NCBI GenBank assembly: GCA_051294375.1
Contig: CM119270.1
Location: forward strand, 8,605,213-8,669,212
From: Paraspadella gotoi
Taxonomy: Eukaryota > Animalia > Chaetognatha
Direction of reading: 5' to 3'
DNA length: 64,000 nucleotides
This document shows, in pieces, positions 14,601 through 29,600 of the stretch (positions are counted from its first letter, which is position 1; every line of letters starts with the position of its first letter). The notes beneath the pieces are model-generated. The model was not told the DNA's origin. It saw nothing but the letters and a program-made list of their open reading frames with translations, and searched no databases. Position numbers and translations under genes: made by a program.

Positions 14601-17600
14601 GTCAACCTTGATCTTGATGGAGGCTAAATTCTTTCTTTCACTGAGTTACCCAGCAAGCCAGAATTTTTTTATTGCTAAAGTAGCATAGCGAAAAACGACC
14701 CTAATTCTTAATCCCTAACCCTATCTATTCCCTAATATAACCTCATTCCTAACCGAAACTCTAAACAATTAATTAATCGTTCAAATTATCGTCTTCGTTT
14801 TTGTCGATCCCAATCCTGACTCTGAGTCATCCAGCCAGAAAGAGAGCGAGAGAGATTCGATGCTCCGTCATACGGCAAGGTTGATTAGATGATTAAAAAG
14901 GTTGATTAGGGAGTCATAATCAATTAGAAAAACAGTTTTTTTGTTTTTTCCATTAAAACTCATTTCCACTCAGACGATTCCATTGAAACTTGATTTCCTG
15001 CTCTTTCCTATGCACATACCAAATTTCATGTCAATCGCCCCATCAACTCATGAGTAATTGGCATTCAAATAATGAAATCGATTTTTTTGTTTTTTTTTTA
15101 TTTAAACTCATTTCCACTTGGACGATTCATTCGAAACTTCATATCCAGCTTAATCACACACTTCCCTAACCACACACAAAATTTCATTCCAATCTATCCA
15201 TCTAATCATGAGTAAATGGTGTTTTTTGCTAAGGTGGGACGGATGGGCATAATTTATCATAATTCGATGTTCTGACATGATATAAGTGAATGCCCGACAA
15301 GATTGAGCGGGCAGACCGACGGACCGACAAAGTGGATTATAGAGTCGGGATCTGCTAATAAGCAGATCTAACTAAAAAAAAGGTTAATATTGGTTGAAAA
15401 CTGTAAAGTTTTTCAATCCTAGAATTATTGTAACATTCAAAGATTGACTTTTATGCTACAGGTTAATATGTGGACTGTACTTAAAAAAATCCAACTCAGC
15501 ATTGAAAAATGGGCACTTTTCCTACACAGCGACAGGTTCATAATTTTTTTATGTTTTCTCTTTTTATCGAGTCTTCCGGCGAAGCCGGTTCAGGCTCGAT
15601 TTCCATTCGGTTGATCTTCTTTGTGACATTGTCGTCGTCGTCGTCATCGGCGTCACGCTTTTTTGCAATCATGGCTGTAAAGAATAGTCGTACGTCATTA
15701 ACACTTATCGATAATTACTGTCTCTTCATATGAAATTTTTACTATACTTTACTTATTAGTATTCAGTAATCTGTTGAATTACAAAACAAAATAAATATTT
15801 AGTTTTTTTAAATCAATAATATATAATCCATTCTAACGCATATTTACGATTTGGATTCCACCGAATTTTTTAGGTTTTTGGCGGACGCTGACTGGGCCTA
15901 CATCGAAAGAATCGTGGTTTTTGATAGCCCTTATGGAGATGAGTTTGAGATGCAAAAAGAACTTTTTCAAGAGCGGTGGACAACTTGTCCTGAATGCCAC
16001 TCGAGGCATCCCAATAGCCCGTCAAACAAAGAATTAGAGGATATGGAGGAAGAGGCTAGGTAGTTAAGATAATTTTTTCAATTTCTGATCGTAACAGATA
16101 ATAACATACTAACTCATAATAAACTTCTCTGTAAATCTATGAAAAAATCTATAAATCAATCGGTCAATGAACCAGTGGCTGCTCCAATACATGTAAATAA
16201 CTTTTAAGGGATTAAACTGAATGTTACTCCGGCACAAATATTTCTTTATAATTTCCAAAAAAAATTTGTCAATAAAAAATAATATTATGAATATTTTGTT
16301 CATTTTTTTGGTTGCATCATTCTTTCAACTTGCATCATTTTTTCAACTTGCATAATTTTTTTAACTTGCATAACTTTTTCAACATACTGTGGGAAAACAA
16401 TTCGCCGATCCTCTGGCCAATTATTTTGTCCGAAGATTCTGGCCGTGAACTCTCTATCTCTCCCTCTGTGATATCAAGCATTCCAGCGTCGTCCGTCCCG
16501 TGAAAGTCTGACGTAGGTTTCTATGAATATTTCTCGCTGAATATCGAGTATTTTTATAGTACACCAAATATCCATAAAAAATCTCCCGAGTCTCGCAAAA
16601 TTACGTCACAAAGACCGACAAAAGACAGACAAAAGATCAACAAAATAACCGGAAAACATTGGTCGAACCCGCGAGGACAGGTAAAGTACGGTCAAAGATA
16701 AAAGTTCGGCTGAGAGAAGCATTTAAGTAAGTAGACAGAGATTTGACGGACGCATTCTGCTCGTTTGTTTTCTTATAGGCATTGTTCCCGCTAGGCCCCT
16801 AAGACCTCGAAGGTGTTGAAGTCCAGGTCGCGGTCAATGCTTTTGATGGAGCTTTCGGGCGCAGGTGGCGCTGCCGGCTCCGCCTTTTTCCTGACGGCAA
16901 AGTCCATCTTCTTGAACGATGTAGGTATTTATACAGAGCAAGCGGATCATCGACACGGGTTGGTTTTCCGGATGGCATGAAGCCCATCTTGTGATTGGTC
17001 AATTCACTTGGTGGTTCGTCCAATGAAAGAGCAAATCCGGATTCCGTCGCGGATCCGATTCCATTTTCGGTTCCTATTCAATCTGCGATGGAAGAAAAAG
17101 ACAATAGCGAGGCATAATATTTTACACCCTCTCTCTCTCCCTTTACGGCTGATTGATACCTTAGCTAAGGTCACAGTCTTGTTTCCTTTATAAAGAGCCA
17201 AAATATGTCTTCGTTTTAATCTCTAAAAATGTTGTTTCTATGTCCTTTTTCTTCCGTTTTACATTCGTCTAATACGCAACCTCTCTCTGCTTCCTACTCG
17301 CCGGCAGCAACAGACAACTTTCTGATATCCACGCGCCTCTCAAGCTCCAAAGCCTTGTGATCATCACTTTACCATAGCGACTTATTATTATTTAACTAAG
17401 TCGCTGAAAAAAAATATTTTAGGTAGTTTGAAAGATTTGAATATTCTAAAATTGACGAAAAGTATTTTTGTCATTGGCTTTAAGTGCTGATAAAATGTGA
17501 TATAATTGTTTGATTTTAAAAATAAAGACATCATATAAAACTGTTAAGAACTTTTGAATCCAACGAGTAAATTAAATGCAATTTTTATAACTGTACTGAT

Positions 17601-20600
17601 TCACGGTATTCATTTGTGAAGTGACAGTACGCTTGAGACACTCTGTGTGAGAGAAAGAAAGAGAAACTTTAAAAAAAATTTAAATGAATGTGACTTTTGT
17701 TCTTTTCATTTCCTCTTAATCGATTCCACCAAAACCTTATGTCCAGTAGAGCTCCCAGAAATACCATGCATTTTTGAAAGTTCCTGATACCAAATTTAGT
17801 GGAGAAAACGAATATCACAATAAAAAATTTTCCTGAATGCTCTTGATGGATTTTCCACGCCAGTTTTTGCGTCATACCACTTCCGGTTTTAAAAAATGAG
17901 CAGTTATTCAGCAAGCATACTTAAATTAATCAAAATAAAGTTATTAATAACCTCATTACTAATTTTTTTGTTGTGGTTTTTAAAAAATTATTATTAAGAA
18001 AGACTTCAAATTATAAATTATTAATTTTTTTAAGCCAAATCGTCCCTGACCAAATTACTATACAAATTCTAATAAGATTGTATAAGAAAGTATGATTTGG
18101 TTATACAAATAGAGATTTTAAATATTTAATCCTTAAGCCAAGATATTGGCCAAATGATACAAAAAGAAAGTAGCGAATTAGATAAAAGGCGCCTTGGCCT
18201 TTGTGGATAGCAAGCCTCCCACACGAGCTTAGGTTAAGGTTAGGGGAAAGGCTGCTCGGGTTAAGATTCAGACTTGGTGTAAGACAAGAAGCCCACGTTA
18301 GGGTTAGGGCTATGGTTAGGTTAGATATCCCAAGCCAGGGAAACTGATTAAGATTAAAGTTTTGTTTAGAGCCCGGTTTAGGGTTAGGGTTGATTGAGAG
18401 GCTTGCTAGCTGCAAAGGCCAAGTCGCCTTCCTTCTAATTCGCTACTTTTTTTTGCATCACTTGATTGGGGTTCAATTAAAGTTTCCTAAAAAAATTTCA
18501 TTATTTGCTTCCGAGGCTTTTGAATGAGCATGTTGTTCCAATGAAGTTACGGTATGAACTCTACCAGGTTGCATTACTAAATTTCAACCTTCATAAGTTT
18601 CTTAGAAACAATCAATAAAAATCTCAGAAAAAAAATCTAAGTATAAATCTAAGTCTAACTTTTGACAAATTCTACTTTCTCCGCAGACAGCGTATTCTCC
18701 GATTAGAGGGCGTGAATTACAGCCAACAATACAATAAGGGGAGTATCAACCAAGAAGTCTATCACGACCTGTATGGCCGTAAAGAGGAGCTGTTAGAGAC
18801 GCCTCGAGGCTACACCAACATTGACGAACAAATGGTTGAATACAGGTATTTGTATTATATGATATTTTGAGATAAAAATTGAGGATGATGTTATGTTTAA
18901 ATCAGTTTCTAAGTTTACGATAACCATTAACTAATTTTAACTTAACCGCTAATATATTTATTTTAATGGTTAAATTCGGTTAATTTTCAAATATGATTTT
19001 GTTATCTTTTGTTATAAAATCTTTGATATTTTAAAAGAAAAGTATTTTCCTGTCCTCTCTTATTCTTCTCTCCCTTTCTTACCATATTTCCCCCCTCTCT
19101 CTCTTCTCCGTTTTTCCTTTAATCTGTTTTCTATCCAAATCTCTCTCTTATTCTTTATTCCGCTCACTTTTTACCTTTCTGTTCTTTTCTTTTTCTTTCT
19201 CTCTTTTCCCCTCCTTCTTTACCCCCGTTTTTTGCTTTTAACTTTTTTTTTTTCGTCCTTCCAGTATTTTTTTTTACTTACTTTCTCCCAATTTTTTTTC
19301 GTTTTTTCTTTTAACGAATTTTATGCATATATACATAAAATAATATTTTGAAATATAATATATATGCACATTAGAGCGTAGTGAAAGTTACATACAAAAA
19401 TTCTAAAAGTCAATTATGAACAACAAACCATCAGTGAACATTAATTTGCGAAAAAAATTAATTGTATGTTTTTACTTTTCGCATTAGAGTATATTTATAT
19501 ATAGTACTATCCTTTTAAAATGGAAAAATTTCAAAATAGGCTTTTCTTTATTTTGTTTGCAGATTTTAATTCCTAGTAAAAAGTTGATAAAAGAAAATAT
19601 AACTCATTTTTAAAAATTATTTCATTAAGTGGGTAAAAAATTAGAAAAAACTCTATTTAATATTGATCGGGAAAACATTGAGGAGAGAGGAAGGGTTTAG
19701 ACAGAGAGACCGGTGGTAAGTAGCTTCACCAGGTACTCTGGGAGTGAATAAACGAGATTGTGTGAGAGTCTTGATTGAAAGCTTGCAGGGACCTGCTATG
19801 TCATTATCTTGTAAGAGTGATGGAGGCCTTAAACCACCAAAGCCTGTCAAAAGTCAGGGGCAAGAAAGCTTATTTATTAAATGGATGGATAATTATTATA
19901 TTGGTTGCACCAACTTCATATAAAAAGTTAATTTTCAGCTTAAAATATAACTTTTTTTCATTTTTGACCCATTTAATGAAGGAATTTTTCAAAAAGAGTT
20001 ATATTTTTTTTATTAACTTTTTAAGACGAATCCAAATCTGCAAAAAAAATATTTAAAAAAAACTGTTTTGAAATTTTCATATTTATTTATACTATGTATA
20101 AATATAGCCTAAAGCGTAAATTATAAAATTTATATAAAATTTATTTATACAGAAATGCTCACTTTTAGAATTTTAATTAAAGTTAAATTTAGAAATTTTA
20201 CTAAACCTTACTGTATAATCTAAAGACATAAAAGCATACATCAAATGACAATACTGCAAAATAATGATTATGGTAAATTAGGTTTACGCCAAAACTTGTT
20301 ATCATTTGAAACCAGGAAAGATATGGAAGCTTTAGAGACGGGAGTCCGTATTGGAAAAAAAAAAGAAAAAAAAAAGAATAAGGCTGTCAGTCGATTGGAA
20401 GAGACACAAAACACAAAAAGTGAAAATATTAATAAAAATCGCAATATCCTTGGAAGAATGAAAAAAACGGGTATGATAGTAAAAAAATAGGAAATTAGTA
20501 AAACAATAAAGATTTGGCCTAATAATAATAGACAAGACCTCAAACTAAAATTTAAGAGGTTTTCTTTCTGGCGATAAAATAAATGCTTTATAAAGTAATA

Positions 20601-23600
20601 TACTAGTATCTTTATGTTTATGTCTAGTAAATCGTTATATATTTCCTAATACTTCAGGAAGAATTTTTAACAAGAACTTAAAGCGCTTATCAAGTGAATA
20701 CACAAAAATTTTATATAAGAGGTAAAACTTTTTTCACTCAGATTAAAATAAGAGAACAATATTTGCTAGAAATTGAAAAACAGGTCGCGGAATTGCAATA
20801 ACGATTCCAATACTCCAGATAACGAATGGGAAGCCATGGATGAAGTCAATGTGGTAGGCTAAAAGAATTAATAAATAAACAAGTTTGAGCAAACAATGTC
20901 GGATCTGCCCACGATCATTATCGGTAATTAATTAAATAATAATTAATTAATTAATATTTAATTCAAGTTAATTAATTATTTAATTAATTAATAATTAATT
21001 TATTCAAGTTAATTATTTAATTAATTAGGCAATTAATTAACTAATTTGATCTGAAATGTTTGTTTTGATTGATTAATCGACTGATTAATTATTGATTAAT
21101 TAATTGATTAATTAACTGATTAATTATTTGATTTGATTTGATCGTTGCCTCAACATCTTGCATTTGTGGATAAGGCGCTAAGTGGGCTGAAGATGACTAT
21201 CTTTAACTTCTTTAACCCCCTCTAGCAGCTATGGAACGGGTCCTGGGCTTGGAACCAGGCTTGAGGGTTTACCACGCCCCCAAGGCGGCTTACGGCCGTC
21301 CTCACACTTCCCGCAGAATAGGTACCGGGTTGGGATTGAACCCGGTACCTGGTGGTCATGAGCTGATGGCTTTACTCAATGAGCCACCGGGTCACGACTG
21401 CAGGATTCATGCTTAGAGGCGGGGTGAACTTTGCTATGCCCGACTACACATTTACATTTAAAATAAAAAGAACCATAATTAATTAGTGAAACAGGTTCTT
21501 TGTTTTTTCCATTTAAACTCATTTCCACTGAAACGATTCCATCAAAACTTGATTTCCAGTTTAATCACACACTTTTCTACCTAAATACAAAATTTAAAGT
21601 CAATCGCCCCATCCACTCATGAGTAATTGGTGTTCAAATAGTGAAATATATTTTTTTGTTTTTTCCATTTAAACTCATTTCCACTCGGACGATTCCATCG
21701 AAACTTCATATCCAGCTCAATCACCCACTTCCCTACCCACACACAAAATTTCATCCTAATCCATCCATCCAATCACGAGAAATTGGTGTTTTTTGCTAAG
21801 GTGGGACGGACGGACGGGCGGACGGACGGACAGACAGACGGATGGACGGAAATCGTTTTTTTTTGCATAATTTATCATAATTCGATGTTCTGACATGATA
21901 TAAGTGAATGCCCGACAAGATTGAGGGGGCGGACCGACGGACCGACAAATGAATTATTATTATTATTATTATTATTTTTTTTTTTATTATTATCCGACTA
22001 AAAAAGTTTGAGCAAACAATGTCAGATCTGCCTACTTTAATTAAGCGATAATAAACTAATCCGATGATAAATCACGACAATTTTTTTCTGACTTACAATT
22101 TTTGATCTTAACAGATCATAACAAATCGTAACATAACAAATCATAACAGACTTCTTAATAATCTATTAAAAAATATATAAATCAAATGATCTATCAACTG
22201 TTACCAGTAGCTGCGCATAATTTGGTCAACAGGCAAAATTTGATCAACTTGCATAATTTAATAATTTTGCATAATTTGGTCAACTGACATAATTTTTTCT
22301 ACTTGTATAATTTGGTCGACTCTAAAAATGTGGTCAACTGGCATAATTTGATCAACTGGCATAATTTTGTTAACTGGAATAATTTGGTCAACTGGCATAA
22401 CTTAGTCAATGGTCATTTGATCTAATTTGGTCAACTGACGTAATTTGGTAAACTGAAACAATTTGGTCAACTGGCATAATTTGGTCAACTAGCATAATTT
22501 GGTCAACTGGCTTAATTTGGACAACTGACATATTTTGTCTGCTGGCATAATTTGGTTAACTGGCATAATTTGGTTAACTGGCATAATTTGGTCAACTGGC
22601 ATAATTTGATCAACTGACATAATTTGCTCAACTGGCATAATTTGGTCAAATGGCATAGTTTGGTCAACTGGCATTATTTGGTCAACTGGAATAATTTGGT
22701 CTACTGGCATGATTTGGTCAAATGGCATAATTTGGTCAATAAATCAATCATTCAGAGAGAGATAGAATGTGCCTTTTGGTTTTCTATTTTAAACTCTTTT
22801 CCTCTCCTACGATGCAATTAAAAATTAATATCCAGCTTAATCACCTACGTTCCTACCCTTAAACAAAATTTCAGTTCAATTTATTTATCAAATTTTATTA
22901 AATATAATTATTATTAGTAAATATAAGTAAAAATACTCAAAGTCAAGATGACTTTTGTTTTTTTCTATTTAAACTCATTTCCACTTGCACAATTCCATCG
23001 AAACTTAATATCTTACACTTTCCCACCAACACACAAATTTTCATTCCAATCCATCCATCCAATCACGAATAATTGGAGTTTAATGCTATGGGGAGACGGA
23101 TAGACAGACAGATGGACAAACGGACGGACATAATTTTTTTTGCATAATTTATCTTAATTCAATGTTCTGACATGATAAAAATTATTTACCGACAAGATTT
23201 TGGGATGGGACCGACGGACTGGCAAAGTGATTTATATAGTCGGAATCTGCTGATAAGCAGATTCAACTACAAATTCTAATATCTTTTTTAGTCGGATCTG
23301 CTTAATAAGCAGTAAAGCTTGTACCTGTGAACATTTTTAAATACAATTTTTTATTTTTTTATTTTTAAAAGCACATTATGTCATAACATCGAAATATGAC
23401 AAATTATGCAGATTGAATTGGACATGTTTGGGCTCAGTTTCGAGCCTTCATCACCCGATAGACACATTTGAATAGCGGGTGAATGGTCAAATTCCAATGC
23501 TCGATGTGCTGGTAAAGCGCAAAGAGGGTGGCTCATTGGAATTTTCAGTATATCGCAAACCAACCCACACTGACTAATATATTCCCTTTGATTCTCATAC

Positions 23601-26600
23601 TCCCTTGTCGCACAAGCTCGCCACGGTCAGAGCCAGAAAATGCGAAAATTGAGAAATTTTTAAAAAAAATTTTTTAGTCGGATCTGCTGATAAGCAGATC
23701 CCGACCCTATAATTCACTTTGTCGGTCCGTCGGTCCGCCCCCTCAATATTGTCGGGCACTAACTTATATCATGTCAGAACATCGAATTATGATAAATTAT
23801 GCAAAAAAATTTATTGCCTAATTAATTAATTAATTAATTTTTTAATGATTAATGATTAACTATTCGAATTTTGATCTGCAACTTTCACTACGCCTTACTG
23901 GGCGTCCATTCAGATTCCAGCCTATCCAACTTTTAATTTAAACTCATTCCCTCTTGCACGATTCCATCGAAACTTTATATCCAGCTTCGTCACACACTTT
24001 CCTACCCGCACACAAAATTTCATCTAAATCTATCCATCCAATTATAATTAATTAGAGTAATTATAGATTAAAATAAGTTAAAATTTTTTATTAAATGCGA
24101 CTTATGTTTTTTCTACCCACACACAAAATTTCATTCCAATCCTACCATCCAATCACGAGTAATTGGAGTTTTTTGCTAAGGTGGGACGGGCGGACGGACG
24201 GAGGGACGGACAGACAAACGGACGGACATCGTTTTTTTGCATAATTTGTCATAATTCGATGTTCTAAAATGATAAGATTGAGGGGGCAAACCGACGGACC
24301 GACAAAGTGAATTATAGAGTCGGGATCTGCTGAAAGCAGAAAGGGTGCAAAATCTGAAGTTGCTATAACAAATAATTTGATCTTTTCATTTCACTCACAT
24401 TTGAAATCCGTATAGGTGTATAGTTTTTGTGCACACCCAGATGCCTTCCCTAGGTAGGACCCCCTGACGTCGCCCCTCGCCACACGCCAGGGGGAAGGCT
24501 TTTATTCTGACGGTATACTTGGTAAATAGAGTTTAAATGGGGGACGTATGGAAGGACAGATGAAATGAAGGGACCGAAGGGTGTCATTTTATTTTATTTT
24601 ATAATTTGAATTGTTTTATAATTCGATGTTACAAGATGTTTCATAAATTTTTTTACAATAAAATGGGGAGAACGACAACGTTAATCTATGAGTAGTCAGC
24701 AGTAAGCTCACAAGACCAAGAGTATAATTCTGTTGTAAAAAAATCTGAATTTCAACAAAGTTTTATGTTTTAATTCATTGGCTTAATGATTTAATTGATT
24801 AGGACGTCATGAGTTCGCTCCCTTCGGGGCCTGATACCGGCTCTTGCAGTCTTTGTCAAGCTCGCTATCGCCGCGCCATTCGTTCCGATCGGGAGGATCT
24901 GCAGCGTTGGGCAGCCACCTTGGGGATGATGAAGGCCTTTGAAAATGGTGGGTTCACATACAGTGCACTGACATTGATAAACCATCAGTTGATCGCTACA
25001 GATTTCAATGACAACCGGGCAACTCGAGGAGCGCAAGCGGCGGATGAGCTTGTGGGACCGGCAACTGAAGCGGCAGATTGGGCGCGATCTCCAAGATCAG
25101 CGAAGAGAAGAGCTTCTAGGGTTTCGAAAAGAAAATCAAGTGAAGTCACGATGTGGAAAGAAGGGTCGCGCAGTGCTAACAAAGGAAACATGAAAGAGAC
25201 AGACAGACAGACAGACACCAAATTACGTCCAGAAACACCTTCTCGAAGAGTAAGCAAAGCATAATTGTGGCGCATTTTGAATACTTTTTCTGTTTGTTAT
25301 CTTAATCGTTCTTAATTATATTATATATTATATAATATTATATTATTGTATTATATTACATAGTTGCATAGTTGAGCATTAGAAAAATAAAAATTTATTT
25401 GAGCTATCTAACAACAAGAAGAACCGTAATTCAAATGTGTTGCGCCGTGTGACTTTCTTTTCACGTGTATTTATGGCACGCATTGCATCTGAATCTTGTC
25501 TTTTATTCTTTAAAGTTTTAGGATTTTTTGAAGGCGGCGCTAGCAGTCACTTAGATTTGAGGTTTTTTCCAGTATTAAAAAATGAGCATTTTTAACAAAA
25601 ATGGGATATACCAACCGACCGAAAAGTGACTTATAGATAATAATTTAATAATATAATATCATTTCAGATGGAATCAGAACCAAGAATTGAATCGGATCCG
25701 CGACTCGGATAAAATCTACCAAGGACTCGCCGATTGGATGAATCATCGTCGGGAATCAACCAATGAGAAGACGGGCTTCATCCCATCGGGAAACCGAGCC
25801 CATGTCAATGATCCGATTGTTCACTATAAATAGCTGACCATTTTTGTACTGATTCATTCTGTCTCAAGTTCTGACACCGTCTTGCTCTTGTTCATATTTT
25901 AAATAAATTCCACTTTGGTTTCATGTTAAAATCTCTGTCTACTTACTTAAATGTGGTGACAGGAGTGGACTCGACTAACCACTACTTCGGAAACAAGAGA
26001 GAAGCCTTAACCACCGCAACCACGCAACACCTTAAGAAGTAGACTTCGCCGTCAGAAGGAAGACGGCTCCGGCAGCCCCAGCAGCTCCACCAGCTCCAGC
26101 GGCGCCCGGTAGCTCAACGGAGAGCGAAGACGGTAGCATTGAGTGGGAACTCGACATCCACACCTTCGAAGTCTCAGGAGCCCTGTGTCAACAATGCCTA
26201 GAGGAGATCAAGCAGGCCGAGAGAATACGCCAAATCCTCAAGCTGATGAACACCAACAATTTGAAACAACAGCAAAATTATCAACAAGTCAATCAACGAC
26301 TCGAGGAAAACGAGGCCAGGATCAATCATCGCCTCGACCAGACCGAGGTGCAACTCGGATCCAAACTGGGAGAGTTGCACCAGATGATGAAAGACATGAT
26401 GAAGGAGACTCGCGATATGATGCAAGAAAATCGCGAATATCGGGACAAGCAGGACATCAACACCCGACACCCAACACCCCAAAGCTCCACCTCCCCACCC
26501 CCGTCACTCTACCCGAACATTAACCCCAACATCATGCCGCCGGCGGGGCAGCCTCGAAACCCGTACGAAGGCCGTCCGCTTGGAAAAGGTTGCCAGCCGC

Positions 26601-29600
26601 CACCGGAGGACACTTCCTCTGAGAGTGGCCGAAGCGATCCTCCTTCCTACACGCCCAACGAGCATCCCATCAAGCTCGAGAAGAGGCCCAACGACGGGTC
26701 GCCCGAGGATTTTCTGCGCAGCTTCTATGAAGCTTTCAAAGACTCTATGGCGACGGACAATGTTGATCAACAATGTCGATGATCCGATTGTTCACTATAA
26801 ATAGCTGACCATTTTTGTACTGATTCATTCTGTCTCAAGTTCTGACACCGTCTTGCTCTTGTTCGTATTTTAAATAAATTCCACTTTGGTTTCATGTTGA
26901 AATCTCTGTCTACTTACTTAAATGATATAATAATGATAAAATATAAAAATGATTTTTGATAAAAATTACTAAAAATTCATTCAAATTCAGCATAAAAGCA
27001 TAACACTTTCAGTTGTGACTCGGTGGCTCATTGAGTAAAGCCATCTGCTCATAACTACTATGTACCAGGTTCAATCCCAATTTGGTACCTACCCTGCGGG
27101 AAACGTGAGCTGGGCCGTAAACCGCTTTAGGTGCATGATAAACCCTCAAGCCTGGTTCCAAACCCAGGTCCTGTTCAATGGCTGCTGAGCGGGCATAGAA
27201 GTTATGGATAGTCGTCTTCAGCCTTATTATGCTATTATTATGCCTAAGAAATTTCAATAGGTCTTAAATTTCATAATCTTCTTATTAAAATGCTGCAAAA
27301 AGAAGTAAAATTAAATTAAATTAAATTTTTACAATCGTTCGACTCAATTCTTCTGGCTTGCAAAAACTTCTTCGATGCAATTATTCAAGACTTTATTGCT
27401 TTACTTTTATTAACCGATTCTAGTGTAGATAATTAATAATTAATTAATTAAAAAAGTTAACAGATTTCACTAATTTTATAAAATATTGAAGAAAACCGAA
27501 ATTTCCTCCCCCAAAAAAATACTAAAATTTTTATTTTAAAATACTATGGTTAATACCTTTTTTGAACCTTCAGCGATCACAAGATGATATTTCCTGGCAA
27601 ACTACCTCGATGTCTAGAAGGACAAAAATTCCGGATATGGAGGGAACGGGCATGAATAAGCCAACTGACAAGAAAACCTGCGAGCAACGGGTTGTCCACT
27701 CGCTTGCTTTTGAGATTATCTTCATCATCCTTATTATTGGCAACTCCGTGCCTCTGCTGATCGAAGCAATCAAGTGTTTTCTTAATAAAATTTTATTATG
27801 AATAGGGTGGTTGAACTTATTCGATTTTTTTTTTTGCAAGATATGGCACGTGTTCAAACTGGTATCTTTTTTGGGTCGATGTTTGCTTCATGACTCTCTA
27901 CATTATTGAATTCGCACTGAGGTACAAAATTACAAATTATAACAAAAAATCATAATAAAGAAGATCGTGTAGAGATATGTCCCCCTTTTTCCCCCATTTA
28001 TTTGTTTTGCCTTTTGTTATTACCATTTCTGCCGATAGATGTCTTTTTCCTTTTCTTTAGGAGATTACACTCCTCTTTCTTTTCTTACCAGATATTCTAG
28101 GCCCATGTAGATTCTTAGGACTTTTCCGCCCGTCACCAAACTGCCTTTTACGAGGTTCCAGGACGCCCTCATGTCACCATTAGTCACCTTTGATACCGTT
28201 CACAGACAGTGATGCCACGGCCATAGAGCTTGTGGCGAGACCACACTCCAAGAGACTCGTGGGCTTACTCGTGGTCAGACTTTAGACCCCGTCATAGACT
28301 GGTGGATGGACTTGTGGCCCACCACATTCGGCCACACTCGGGTGACAATAGCCTCGCGACTACTTCCTCACCACGGCGAGCCGACGGTTTCGGCGCAAGC
28401 ACAACGGCGCTGGACGCGGCCACGCCCACTTCTGGAGGCGTCAGCGGGGACCTGGGGGACGGCGGTCCTCCGTAACAGCACGACGGCGGCGAAGCGGAGG
28501 CGGCTACACGAGCACACGGCAAGTGTTCGTACAGTAAAAGGCAGAATTTAGTCTCCTCTGGCCTAAGCATCTTTTTTGACGTAAAAGATGTAGAGCTAAA
28601 GACGATATTAGTAAAAGATGTTGGGATAAAGATTTTGTATTGTATTACGAATTACTGTCATAAAAAATTGATTTTTTCTCTCTCTTTACATGTCTCGCAC
28701 GATGGCATCGGTCTCTCAGAAAAGCGGCGCCCCTCAGAACGGAGCAGATGGAGTCAGTCCGGACGAATTTGCCGAACAGCTCGAGTGTCTTCGGCATACC
28801 TTCGAAGGCCTCTTAACCGGGCCGTCGAGACAGGAACGTCAGCGGACCGCCACGTCTGCCAACAGCATGAGGGGCGCTGTTCAACAAAGAGACAGGAGGC
28901 GATGCGTCTGGCGGGAGGCTGGAGAGTGAAAACAACTGATCCTCTGGGACGAGGAATTGAAAGAGTAAGAGAATTTTTATTGGCAAATCCCGCTTTCCCG
29001 CCACTTTTGGTGGCTACGGGAGACGATACGATTATTGCTAATCCCGCTTCCGATTCCGGCTCTCGAACCGGATCCCCGTTGCTCTTTCCCCCCGATGCCC
29101 CAGGTCCGGTCGCGGGAAGAGGACGATACGGGTAGCGGAAGAACGATGGTTGTGGGAGAGCGGCGACGACGACATCGGCGGAAGATCAAAACCCGATTGC
29201 CCGTCGCTTGAGATCCTCTGTATCGGCGGCTCCGCTGTTCCAGACGGCCTTCATGACTCCGCCCACCTCTGATTTACCTGTACGGTCGCCGCGGCAGGGC
29301 ACCTATACGAGCGCTTTCGCGCCGGGTCCTGCCCACGAACCCGACTTCCGGGGCGACGACCATGCCGATGGTGAGAACGATAGCCACAGTGGCGACGGCG
29401 ACCGCGACTTCTACCGTGGTCACCTCCACAATTGTACACACTACCTCTGCAGCAACGACAGCTCTACCTCCCGTCAGCTTTGCTGATGAGCAGCAACGAG
29501 CGTTTTGAAGAGGCAGTGCAGAGGGCAGTTAACGATAGAACTACTAAAGCTGCACGAACCGAAGAAGATTTTGAGAGAGAGATGGCGATGCTGCAGGAAG

